From Bacteroidia bacterium (lineage in GTDB: Bacteria > Bacteroidota > Ignavibacteria > SZUA-365): 64,000 nt of DNA. Within the stretch, counting starts at the first letter, position 1. Each line of letters begins with the position of its first letter. The notes below the pieces were generated by a model that was given only the letters and a program-made list of their open reading frames with translations, was not told the origin of the DNA and searched no databases. The translations under genes and the position numbers were made by a program. The DNA lies in NCBI GenBank assembly GCA_027493955.1, contig JAOSJT010000001.1:3960586-4024585 (forward strand), given 5' to 3'. Of this stretch, positions 40,620-49,930 are shown piece by piece.

Positions 40620-41150
40620 ATGCACCTGCTGAACGTGCATCACGCGGCCTTCGTGCGCTATGTGCGGGCGATGACGAAGGACAGCGAGCTGGCGCGGGAT
40701 GTCGTGGGCGAGACGCTGCTGGCGGCATACGAGAGCTTTCACAACCTGCGCGACCCGGCATCGTTTCTGTTTTTTCTCATCGCCATCGCGCGGCGGCAGT
40801 ACTGGAAAATGAGCCGCTGGGGCAGGCTGTTTACGCGCATGGAAACGAAGCACGAGGATCTGGTGATAGATGGCGTAGCGGAGCCGGGAGTCGCCCACGA
40901 TGTCGAACTCCTCCATGCAGCCCTCGCGAAGCTGCCGCAAAAGCAGCGGGAAGCCCTGGTTCTCTTCGAACTGTCCGGATTGAGCCTGAATGAAGTTCAC
41001 GCACTGCAGGGCGGATCGCTTTCAGGCGTCAAATCCCGGATCGCACGGGCAAGGAAAAAACTCGCGGAAATGCTCGGGGAAAGACAGACCGAGCCCCGTA
41101 CATCCGAGGATGCCAAGATCGTCATAGCTGATACAAAGGTCGGACAATGA
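40620..41150 (+). CDS. ECF-subfamily RNA polymerase sigma-70 factor
   Basis: ORF 40563..41150. Sigma-70 region 2 (ETLLAAYESFHNL) and region 4 (REALVLFELSGLSLNEV). Overlaps the next gene by ATGA. Confidence 0.8.
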   Translation: MHLLNVHHAAFVRYVRAMTKDSELARDVVGETLLAAYESFHNLRDPASFLFFLIAIARRQYWKMSRWGRLFTRMETKHEDLVIDGVAEPGVAHDVELLHAALAKLPQKQREALVLFELSGLSLNEVHALQGGSLSGVKSRIARARKKLAEMLGERQTEPRTSEDAKIVIADTKVGQ

Positions 41151-42490
41151 GAGCAGACGATAATAAACTGGAACACCTTCTCAACGAGGCCCGAACTGCG
41201 CCGCCCTTTATCTCAGTCCATGCTGCGAAGCGCTTCTTTGCATCACATTCCGGTACAAGCGTTCTCGCCACTCAATCAAGAAAAAAGGCAAACATTCGCA
41301 GAATTATAATCTCAGGAGGCGTTATGACAGCGATCACAGCAATTGTTCTCATCGTCGGCTTGTACGCACCTCAACAGCAGCTTCCTTCATCTTCGCCACC
41401 AAAACGGAGCGCGGAAAGCGTCACAACACACGCGCGTGCCGATGATTCCACGAAATCCGTAAACAAAACGAAGATGGAAGTCGGTACACCTCGACAGTCG
41501 GACGTCACGAAAGACGCCGCACTGGATGTTTACCCCGTTTCGGAGAAATTAAAAGAGACCGCTCGCAAAGCACGGAATGACGGGGATGCTCCGACATCGG
41601 CCACGCGACGACTGGAACTGTTTGCAGCGTGGACCAAGGAGAGAATACGAGGTTGCGAGGTGTACGATCTTGATTCTCTCGAACTCAGTCGCATCGGCAT
41701 CATCGTGTCCGATGATAGCACAATCTCACGTTCGTACGGAAATTTTACGATCGGTATGAAAGAAGACATGAGCGACGGTTCAGTTCTGATACGCATTCCC
41801 ATTGGAAAACCTCGTAGCGTAACCGACAGCATCAAACTCGCCCGCGCGATCGAGAAATCGACCTTGCATTCGGGTCCCGGCATCTCCGAACCCATACGGC
41901 CGGCAGAACGGGTTCCAGTTCACGAAGTGCTCATCACCAACTCCAGAGGTCGCACCTTCAGCCATGCCGTCTCCACCGGCAATCAGGATACCGTCGCAGC
42001 CATTGGCTCGGGCGATTACTCCGGCGACGAACTTGTCGCGATCCGGGTACGTTTCCAACAGACAACGCTGACACCGGGAGCCGAAGATTATTACTACCTC
42101 TACTGGTACGAGCCCACAAAAACCTTTCTCGATCTCATGCCGCCGCGCGTTCGTCAGGCAATCGAGCGCAGAAAAGGCATGGATAGCAGAATTGCACACG
42201 ACGAAAGCGCCGTGGCTAAATCGCTGAAGACGAGCAGCGTCTACCCCAACCCCGTCACCAGCGATATCGCCACCCTGGACTACACGCTTCGTGAGAAGCG
42301 TCGTGTTGCGATCTCGGTGTACGACATCACAGGCGAGCGAATCAGGAACGTCGCCGTCTCGGAGCAGCGTGAACCAGGTGCCTGGCAGGAGAATATTTCT
42401 CTCTCCGGAATTCCGGACGGCTACTATTTACTTGCTGTCACGACGGACAACGGTGAGCAGAACATCCATCCAATGGTACTGAAAAGGTAG
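41147..42490 (+). CDS. putative anti-sigma factor: single-pass membrane protein with a C-terminal T9SS-type sorting domain
   Basis: Translationally coupled to the ECF sigma gene. Short cytoplasmic N-terminus, one TM helix (IIISGGVMTAITAIVLIVGLY), and a C-terminal 80 aa SVYPNPVTSDIATLDYTL...ISVYDITGERI...GYYLLAV. Confidence 0.5.
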   Translation: MRADDNKLEHLLNEARTAPPFISVHAAKRFFASHSGTSVLATQSRKKANIRRIIISGGVMTAITAIVLIVGLYAPQQQLPSSSPPKRSAESVTTHARADDSTKSVNKTKMEVGTPRQSDVTKDAALDVYPVSEKLKETARKARNDGDAPTSATRRLELFAAWTKERIRGCEVYDLDSLELSRIGIIVSDDSTISRSYGNFTIGMKEDMSDGSVLIRIPIGKPRSVTDSIKLARAIEKSTLHSGPGISEPIRPAERVPVHEVLITNSRGRTFSHAVSTGNQDTVAAIGSGDYSGDELVAIRVRFQQTTLTPGAEDYYYLYWYEPTKTFLDLMPPRVRQAIERRKGMDSRIAHDESAVAKSLKTSSVYPNPVTSDIATLDYTLREKRRVAISVYDITGERIRNVAVSEQREPGAWQENISLSGIPDGYYLLAVTTDNGEQNIHPMVLKR

Positions 42491-43475
42491 CGACGTTCGA
42501 CGCGAGCGTGCCCACCTGTCAGCCTGTTAATGACATCTCATGGAAGTGGGGCTCTGATTACATTACGGAAAGAATCATGCTTCGAGACGCTGCTCTGCTG
42601 ACATCGGATTATTAAGGAATATCCGTGCTGTCGCAGCCCTCAGCATGACGAGGTTTGCTGGCACGTACTGGTGCGATGATGTCACTTACGAAATGGGCCG
42701 GTGTCCGCCCAGGCGGACTGGTGGGCACACTCAGGCTGACACCGGTCCCTTTCAGGTATGACATGTCCGACTGGCCCGGCTAGCCAACATCGTCACCCTG
42801 AGTCATGTAACCAGCGCTGCGCTCAGGTTTATATCTCGTGTGACATTTCAGAAAAAATCATCGTCACACTGAGCGAAGCACCGCGATAGCAATTGAGTTC
42901 GTAGAAAAATGTTTGCACGGTGCGGAGTCGAAGTGCCTTTGCTCGATTTGCACAGGTTTTATGGGTCCTCAACATCACCTCTGTCATTAGCAGGCGTCCC
43001 TCTGCTTGAATTTGGACTTCGAAACGCACCTTTCCTGTCGGGATTCCTCCTTATAACATCGAGGTGGCATGTAGTCTCCACATGCGTTGCCCAATCCAAT
43101 CACCTGGCGACAATGAGTCGGCGATCTTGGCTAACTCCATTAGAATTCTCTCTTTGCGTCTCTGCGCCTTAGCGCCTTTGCGTTAAATTCCCCTCTTATC
43201 TCTGAGACGTCCCATAACATCTGTGAGGTATCGAATCTCCTTATGCGTGGTGAGAGCAATCTCTTTCGCCGGTGGAATCCGCCCCGAATAATTGGCCTTG
43301 ATCTTCACCTCGCCGCGGTGCGTTGAGTTCAATAAATCAGCCGTGCCCTGGCCGCTCTCACTAGATGACATATGAGGGAGCAGCCGCACGAAAAGCTCAG
43401 ATCGAGGTACAAATGTGGACTTGCATGGAATACAGATTGTGGCTATACTACGGATATACATGGAGAAGGCGCAGC

Positions 43476-43724
43476 ATGCAAACCACTATTCAGAAATGGG
43501 GCAACAGTCAGGGACTCCGCATCGGTAAAGAGTTGCTGAAGGAAGCGGAGCTGGAAGTCGGTGATGCTGTGGAGATCAGCGTTCGCGAGGGAATTATTCT
43601 CATCGCACCGCAGCGGCAGATTCGGGGGAAATATAAACTCGAGGATCTGATCGCACGCATGCCGAAATCACGGAGGAGCCGCGAAACGGATTGGGGCGCA
43701 CCAGTCGGCAAGGAGGTGTGGTAA
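43476..43724 (+). CDS. mazE: MazE/PemI-type antitoxin (AbrB/SpoVT fold)
   Basis: MQTTIQKWGNSQGLRIGKELL...GDAVEISVREGIILIAP. Stop overlaps the next ATG (TAATG). Confidence 0.8.
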   Translation: MQTTIQKWGNSQGLRIGKELLKEAELEVGDAVEISVREGIILIAPQRQIRGKYKLEDLIARMPKSRRSRETDWGAPVGKEVW

Positions 43725-44056
43725 TGACGCGTCCGCCTCGTCAGGGCGACATCGTATCGCTGTCCTTCGATCCGCAAGCCGGACATGAACAGCAGGGACG
43801 CCGTCCCGCATTGGTTGTCAGCAAGGACCTCTTCAATGAAAGCACAGGGATGATCTTCGCCTGTCCCATTACCAACACTCAGCGGGGCTATCCGTTTCAT
43901 GTCGCCCTGCCTGCAAGCGGAAAGGTTACGGGCTTCGTCATGGCGGAGCAAATGAAATCCCTAGACTGGCGCGCCCGCAAAGCGAGGTTGCTTGAACGTG
44001 CGGATAAGGACACGCTGAACGAAGTGCTTGCTATACTCGAAGCCTGCTTATATTGA
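43724..44056 (+). CDS. mazF: MazF/PemK-type endoribonuclease toxin
   Basis: RQGDIVSLSFDPQAGHEQQGRRPALVVS and ACPITN motifs typical of MazF/ChpB. Confidence 0.8.
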   Translation: MTRPPRQGDIVSLSFDPQAGHEQQGRRPALVVSKDLFNESTGMIFACPITNTQRGYPFHVALPASGKVTGFVMAEQMKSLDWRARKARLLERADKDTLNEVLAILEACLY

Positions 44057-44080
44057 CCGTACCATAACAGGGAGCTGTCC

Positions 44081-45868
44081 GTGCTGCCAAAGGGTCTTTT
44101 CGGGATTGTATCATCGGTGGCGATTGATTACGACGAGCTGCGCAGGTCGCTCAATGCCTTGCTCGACGAGGATGAGTATTACGAGTCCCAGTCGAATACC
44201 GCCTGCACGGGCATCGTGGGCGTGATCTGCTCCAGCCGCTATCCGTATGTGAAATGCATTTCCACTTCGCCTGATCACTCGCAGATCGGAGCAATCGACG
44301 GAAGCAGTTTCCATGGCTCGCGTCTGGACACGAAGCCGCATCGCTTGCTGGATAGAGATCTGGCCCTGCCGGATGAAGCGAATGGCATGTTCGCGGCCGC
44401 GGCGTGGAACGGTGAGCGTCTGAAACTTCTCGTCGATCCCCTCGCGAGCACCCCGCTGTACTATCGATGGGATGAGCGTTGTTTCGCCTTTTCTTCCTCG
44501 CTGGCGACATTGTTGGCCATCGACATTTTTGCCGCGCCCGCGCATTCCGAGCGGAGCCTCGCACAGTATCTCTGCTGGGGCAAGGTCCTCGGTGGAGGGA
44601 CGCTCTATCATGGTGTTCACAAAATGCAGGCGGCGGAGTTTGTAGATTTCGCCTTCAGCGATCACAATCCCACGAAAAAGAAATACTGGCGACCACGGAT
44701 CCAGACCAACGGTGACGGGGCTGCGCTCAACCGCACAGTGGACGCGTTCGCCGCAAGTGTGGACAGCGTGATGCGAACGCTTCCGGCACCCATTGCCGTA
44801 TCCCTGAGCGGCGGGTATGATTCGAGAACAATCCTGGCGGTACTACTCGCCGGAAAAAAACCGTTCGTCTCCGTCACGCATGGCATGGCGGACGGCTTCG
44901 ATACACGCATAGCGCAATCGCTGGCGAAGGAACATGGGCTCGACCATCGTATGCTGTGGATAGACGGAGCATTCTCGGAGTCGTATCCGCTGTACGCGAA
45001 GGAATGCGTGCTTCGCTCGAATGGTATGATGTCACTGGAAAACGCGCATCTGCCATTTGTGTACGCCGCGCATACGGCGTATGCACATTCGATCGTGGAT
45101 GGGATCAGCACATTTCTGGAAAGAAATTTCGGCTTGCGTCGCAGGGCGAAGGACGGATCATCGAAGGACGAGTTCTTCAACGCGGTGTGGGACTATCTGA
45201 TTGGCGACCGCGAGAGAACCGTAGCGAAGCTCGAAAACGGTGAGAAAGTCATCCAGATCGCGAAGGAAGATTTGTACAATCTGCTGCCCGCGTGCGTCGA
45301 CCTTTCCGATCCCGAAGCCCTCGCGGACACATTCTATCTTGAGCAAATCATCGCGAATCATGCAACGGACGGGGTCTGTCTTCAGCAGCACTACAATCGC
45401 TTCATGACGCCGTACTACGAACTCGGGTACATCAACGAACTCTCGAAACTGTCGGCGCGAAAACGTTCCGCGAACATACCGCAACGCGCGATTATGAAGC
45501 GGTTCACACCATCGCTGCGGTGGCGAGCAAGAAGCTATTCGGATATTCGCACTCTTCCAGTCTCGCAGTTCCACATGCAGTTATTGCCGGTCGCGTTTGA
45601 CCGATTACTGCACAGAATCACCCCCTTGATTCGGCGACTGTGGCGCAGGTCTTCGCTTGATTATGCCCAGTATCGCAGCGCGGACCTGCTTCTCAGCACC
45701 GCCCTACGTGAGATCTCGGCACAGAGGTCTTCACAATTGGCGCCTTTGCTTGAGGACCAGGCGGTCACGGATGACCCTGAATTGCTTCGCTCCCTGCTCC
45801 CACTACTGATGTTCAACGGAGCCCTTGGCGGAATACCTCCGGTACGAGTCCGCTCGATCCGTCCATGA
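44081..45868 (+). CDS. asparagine synthetase (AsnB)-family protein lacking the N-terminal catalytic Cys
   Basis: 595 aa with the SLSGGYDSR PP-loop. The N-terminus is MLPKGLFGIV instead of MCG. Confidence 0.65.
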   Translation: MLPKGLFGIVSSVAIDYDELRRSLNALLDEDEYYESQSNTACTGIVGVICSSRYPYVKCISTSPDHSQIGAIDGSSFHGSRLDTKPHRLLDRDLALPDEANGMFAAAAWNGERLKLLVDPLASTPLYYRWDERCFAFSSSLATLLAIDIFAAPAHSERSLAQYLCWGKVLGGGTLYHGVHKMQAAEFVDFAFSDHNPTKKKYWRPRIQTNGDGAALNRTVDAFAASVDSVMRTLPAPIAVSLSGGYDSRTILAVLLAGKKPFVSVTHGMADGFDTRIAQSLAKEHGLDHRMLWIDGAFSESYPLYAKECVLRSNGMMSLENAHLPFVYAAHTAYAHSIVDGISTFLERNFGLRRRAKDGSSKDEFFNAVWDYLIGDRERTVAKLENGEKVIQIAKEDLYNLLPACVDLSDPEALADTFYLEQIIANHATDGVCLQQHYNRFMTPYYELGYINELSKLSARKRSANIPQRAIMKRFTPSLRWRARSYSDIRTLPVSQFHMQLLPVAFDRLLHRITPLIRRLWRRSSLDYAQYRSADLLLSTALREISAQRSSQLAPLLEDQAVTDDPELLRSLLPLLMFNGALGGIPPVRVRSIRP

Positions 45869-46327
45869 CCAACCGGGTGAACGTTATTCGACAATGCGGG
45901 GCACGGAGGCCACGGCAATAGGGGTCTGTTCACAACTTCGGATCCGGCATCCATTGCGGTTGTGATCGGTTAACAGGCCAGTGGCCTGCTTTCATGTTTC
46001 CGTGCATTTCGGTGTTGATGCCGAGCTGTGAATGAGAAGCTGGTTCCATAGAAGGTACATACCGATACAGGGGACCCCTGGGAGGCGCAGATTCCGCACA
46101 TATCTTGGAGCTACTCCTGGTATCTGGAACTGCCGCTTCTGCCTGCGGTTTCCACTGACGCAGAATCACGGGGTTGATCCGCGACATCGAAGTCCGTATT
46201 TTCAGGACAATTGGCATACGCCTTCTCTGAGAACACTTTTCCGAAACACAACGGGACCCACTCCCCCCGACACGCTGGTACATTAACAGCGGACCAACTA
46301 TTTTTTCATCCATAACGTACGGGTACT

Positions 46328-47029
46328 ATGTCTGCACTGGTACGATTCCTGCAATCCACCATTCTGAGCAAAGTCGTCATGGCCGCGACGGGACTGATTC
46401 TGGTCCTGTTTATTCTCGGCCACATGATCGGCAATCTTCAGATGTACCTGGGACAGGACAAAATGAACACCTATGCGGCGACCTTGCAGGGCCTTGGCGG
46501 TTTGCTCTGGCTCATCCGCGGTGTGCTGCTGCTCTGTCTCGTCCTTCATGTCATCACATCCATCCGACTCAAACTGCTGAACATGTCGGCCAGGCCTGTC
46601 GCGTATTCCAAAAAAGAGTACGTGAAGGCATCGCTGACCTCACGCACGATGATGTGGACCGGATCGCTGATTTTCTTCTTCGTCACCTATCACCTCCTGC
46701 ATTTCACCATCAAGGCGACGAATCCCGTGTACGGCGAGCTGGTGGACGCCGCGGGTCGTCATGATGTTTTCTCGATGGTCGTGCTGGGGTATCAGAACGT
46801 GCTGATTTCCCTGACCTATTTCGTCGCGATGCTTCTTCTCGGCTTTCATCTGTTTCATGCCATCGCGAGCATGTTTCAGACGCTGGGGGTGAATCATCCG
46901 AAGTACACGCCCATGATCAACGGGCTCGGCGCGGTAGTCTCTATTGTCATCGTCGCCGGCTTCCTTTCCATACCCCTCGGGGTTCTTTTCGGCTGGATCG
47001 CATTGCCGGCAGGAGTGATAGTACTATGA
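46328..47029 (+). CDS. sdhC: succinate dehydrogenase / fumarate reductase cytochrome b subunit, b558 (Bacteroides) type
   Basis: 233 aa, five TM helices with conserved His residues. First gene of the sdh/frd CAB operon. Confidence 0.8.
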   Translation: MSALVRFLQSTILSKVVMAATGLILVLFILGHMIGNLQMYLGQDKMNTYAATLQGLGGLLWLIRGVLLLCLVLHVITSIRLKLLNMSARPVAYSKKEYVKASLTSRTMMWTGSLIFFFVTYHLLHFTIKATNPVYGELVDAAGRHDVFSMVVLGYQNVLISLTYFVAMLLLGFHLFHAIASMFQTLGVNHPKYTPMINGLGAVVSIVIVAGFLSIPLGVLFGWIALPAGVIVL

Positions 47030-48939
47030 CACTCGATTCAAAAATTCCTTCCGGACCCATCGCCGAGAAATGGGACAAGCACCGCTTCGAGATGAAGCTG
47101 GTCAACCCCGCGAACAAGCGCAAGTACAGCGTGCTCGTCGTGGGTACCGGCCTGGCCGGTGCATCGGCGGCCGCGACACTTGCCGAATTGGGGTACAAGG
47201 TCACCGCCTTCTGCTACAACGACAGCGCCCGCCGCGCGCACAGCATCGCCGCGCAGGGCGGCATCAACGCCGCAAAAAATTATCAGAACGACGGCGACAG
47301 CGTGTACCGTCTGTTCTATGACACGGTCAAGGGCGGCGACTTCCGCGCGCGCGAAGCCAATGTGTACCGCCTCGCCCAGGTCAGCAACAACATCATCGAC
47401 CAATGCGTAGCGCAGGGCGTGCCCTTCGCGCGCGAATACGGCGGCTATCTTGACAACCGCTCCTTCGGCGGGGCGCAGGTGTCGCGTACGTTCTACGCGC
47501 GCGGACAGACAGGGCAGCAGCTCCTGTTGGGCGCCTACTCGGCGCTGATGCGGCAGGTGGGGCTCGGCAATGTGCAGTTACACACGCGCCATGAGCTGAT
47601 GGACATCGTGCTCGTGGACGGGCATGCGCGCGGTATCGTGGTGCGCGACATGGTTACGGGACAGATCGCGTCGCATGCGGCCGATGCCGTGATTCTCGCG
47701 ACGGGCGGCTACGCCAACGTCTTTTACCTCTCCACCAACGCCATCGCCTGCAATGTGACGGCGGCCTACCGTGCCTATAAGAAAGGCGCGGCCTTCGCAA
47801 ATCCCTGTTACACGCAGATTCACCCCACGTGTATTCCGCAGTCCGGCGATCATCAGTCAAAACTGACGCTGATGTCCGAATCTCTGCGCAATGACGGCCG
47901 TATCTGGGTGCCGAAAAACAAGGGCGAAACCCGGCAGCCCAACGACATTCCCGAGAGCGACCGCGATTACTACCTCGAGCGCAAGTATCCCAGCTTCGGT
48001 AATCTCTCGCCGCGCGACATCAGCTCGCGCAGCGCGAAGGAAGTCTGCGACGACGGCAGAGGGGTAGGCGCCACGGGGTACGGCGTCTATCTTGATTTCG
48101 CGGATTCCATCAACCGCCTGGGACGCGACGTCATCGAGGAGCGCTACGGCAACTTGTTCGAGATGTATCAGCGCATCACGGACGAGGACCCGTACAAGGT
48201 CCCGATGCGCATTTATCCCGCCGCGCATTACACCATGGGCGGGACCTGGGTGGACTACAATCTCATGAGCACCATACCCGGGCTGCACGTGCTGGGCGAG
48301 GCCAATTTCTCCGATCACGGCGCAAATCGCCTCGGCGCAAGCGCGCTGATGCAGGGTCTGGCGGACGGCTATTTCGTCATTCCCTACACCATCGGGCATT
48401 ATTTCGCGACAGCGAAAACGCAGAAAGTCACGACCGAGCACGCAGAATTCAAGAAGGCCGAGGAAGACGTGAAGGCCCGCATCGGCAGCTTACTGGCGCT
48501 GAACGGCTCGCGCACCGTGGTCTCCATCCATCGCGAGCTCGGACAGATCATGTGGGACAACTGCGGCATGGGCAGAAACGAAGCCGGCTTGAAAAAAGCG
48601 CTGGAGCTGATACCCCAGCTTCGCGAGGAGTTCTGGAAGAACGGCAAAGTCGTGGGCGACGGCGACAACCTCAACAACGCTCTCGAGCGCGCCGGACGCG
48701 TGGCCGATTTCCTCGAATTCGCCGAATTGATGTGTCACGATGCCTTGCATCGCAACGAATCCTGCGGCGGACATTTCCGCGAGGAATATCAGCACGAAGA
48801 CGGTGAAGCGAAGCGCAACGACGAAGAGTACGCATACGTGGCGGCCTGGGAATTCACCGGTGTCGGCAGTGCGCCGATTCTGCACAAGGAACCGCTGGAA
48901 TTCGAAAATGTGAAGCTTCAGACAAGGAGTTACAAGTAA
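47026..48939 (+). CDS. sdhA: succinate dehydrogenase / fumarate reductase flavoprotein subunit
   Basis: 637 aa with an FAD-binding GxGxAG N-terminus ([12 protein letters not shown]), [17 protein letters not shown] and RLGASAL motifs. Confidence 0.9.
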   Translation: MTLDSKIPSGPIAEKWDKHRFEMKLVNPANKRKYSVLVVGTGLAGASAAATLAELGYKVTAFCYNDSARRAHSIAAQGGINAAKNYQNDGDSVYRLFYDTVKGGDFRAREANVYRLAQVSNNIIDQCVAQGVPFAREYGGYLDNRSFGGAQVSRTFYARGQTGQQLLLGAYSALMRQVGLGNVQLHTRHELMDIVLVDGHARGIVVRDMVTGQIASHAADAVILATGGYANVFYLSTNAIACNVTAAYRAYKKGAAFANPCYTQIHPTCIPQSGDHQSKLTLMSESLRNDGRIWVPKNKGETRQPNDIPESDRDYYLERKYPSFGNLSPRDISSRSAKEVCDDGRGVGATGYGVYLDFADSINRLGRDVIEERYGNLFEMYQRITDEDPYKVPMRIYPAAHYTMGGTWVDYNLMSTIPGLHVLGEANFSDHGANRLGASALMQGLADGYFVIPYTIGHYFATAKTQKVTTEHAEFKKAEEDVKARIGSLLALNGSRTVVSIHRELGQIMWDNCGMGRNEAGLKKALELIPQLREEFWKNGKVVGDGDNLNNALERAGRVADFLEFAELMCHDALHRNESCGGHFREEYQHEDGEAKRNDEEYAYVAAWEFTGVGSAPILHKEPLEFENVKLQTRSYK

Positions 48940-49685
48940 TGAAACTCACATTGCATATCTGGCGTCAGAAAAACGCCCGCGATAAAGGCCGCATGGTAAC
49001 GTATCAGGTCGGTGGCATCGTCGAGGATATGTCCTTTCTCGAAATGCTCGACGTGCTCAACGAGCAGCTCATCACCAACAATGAAGAGCCCGTGGCGTTC
49101 GATCACGATTGCCGCGAGGGCATTTGCGGCGCTTGCGCGCTGACGGTGAACGGCATTCCCCACGGTCCCGAAAAGGAAACCACCATCTGTCAGTTACACA
49201 TGCGTCACTTCAAGGACGGTGATACGATTTACATCGAGCCCTTCCGCGCGCGGGCGTTTCCCGTGATCAAGGATCTCGTGGTGGATCGCAGCGCCTTCGA
49301 CCGCATCATGGCGGCCGGCGGTTTCGTTTCCGCCAACACCGGCGGCGTGCCCGACGCCAACGCCATACCCATCAGCAAATTCAACGCCGACAAGGCGATG
49401 GATTTCGCCGCCTGCATCGGCTGCGGCGCCTGCGTGGCTTCGTGTAAAAACGCCTCGGCCATGCTTTTCGTGGCGGCCAAGGTGTCGCAATACGCCTATC
49501 TGCCGCAGGGGCAGGCCGAACGCAAGCGTCGCGTGCTGCGCATGGTCGCGCAGATGGACAAAGAGGGCTTCGGCGGTTGTACCAATCAATACGAATGCGA
49601 AGCCGTATGTCCGAAAGGCATCAGCGTCGCAGGCATCGCGCTGATGAACCGCGACTTCCTGAAAGCGAGCCTGACGGAAGAATAA
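48939..49685 (+). CDS. sdhB: succinate dehydrogenase / fumarate reductase iron-sulfur subunit
   Basis: 248 aa with Cys clusters for 2Fe-2S (CREGICGAC) and 4Fe-4S/3Fe-4S ([16 protein letters not shown]). TAATG overlap with sdhA. Confidence 0.9.
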   Translation: MKLTLHIWRQKNARDKGRMVTYQVGGIVEDMSFLEMLDVLNEQLITNNEEPVAFDHDCREGICGACALTVNGIPHGPEKETTICQLHMRHFKDGDTIYIEPFRARAFPVIKDLVVDRSAFDRIMAAGGFVSANTGGVPDANAIPISKFNADKAMDFAACIGCGACVASCKNASAMLFVAAKVSQYAYLPQGQAERKRRVLRMVAQMDKEGFGGCTNQYECEAVCPKGISVAGIALMNRDFLKASLTEE

Positions 49686-49708
49686 TATTCTGAACCGCAT
49701 CGAACAGA

Positions 49709-49745
49709 GCCCCCTGTCCTGCATGGGCAGGGGGACTTTTTTTCT
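49709..49745 (+). terminator. rho-independent terminator of the sdh operon
   Basis: GCCCCCTG-loop-CAGGGGGAC followed by TTTTTTT. Confidence 0.75.
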
Positions 49746-49930
49746 TCCCCGAGCGGAGAGTTTCGACCAGGTAGTCATACCGAACCAGAGTATGGATTGC
49801 AATTCTGAGGAAAAATCGCCCACTATCATCCGGTGCGGTTTATTCACACTTGCTCCGTAATTGCTGTTTTTGCTCTTGAATTCCCAAAAATATTTATCTA
49901 TTATAATGTGTTGCACGTGTACCACCTAGT

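Noticed and set aside
42491-43180. RNase P RNA, tmRNA or SRP RNA in the hairpin-rich spacer
   Set aside because: None of the universal motifs (RNase P GGAAAGUCCGGGCUCC/P4, tmRNA tRNA-like 3' end with GGUUCGAAUCC, SRP GGAAGCAGCC) could be found by eye.
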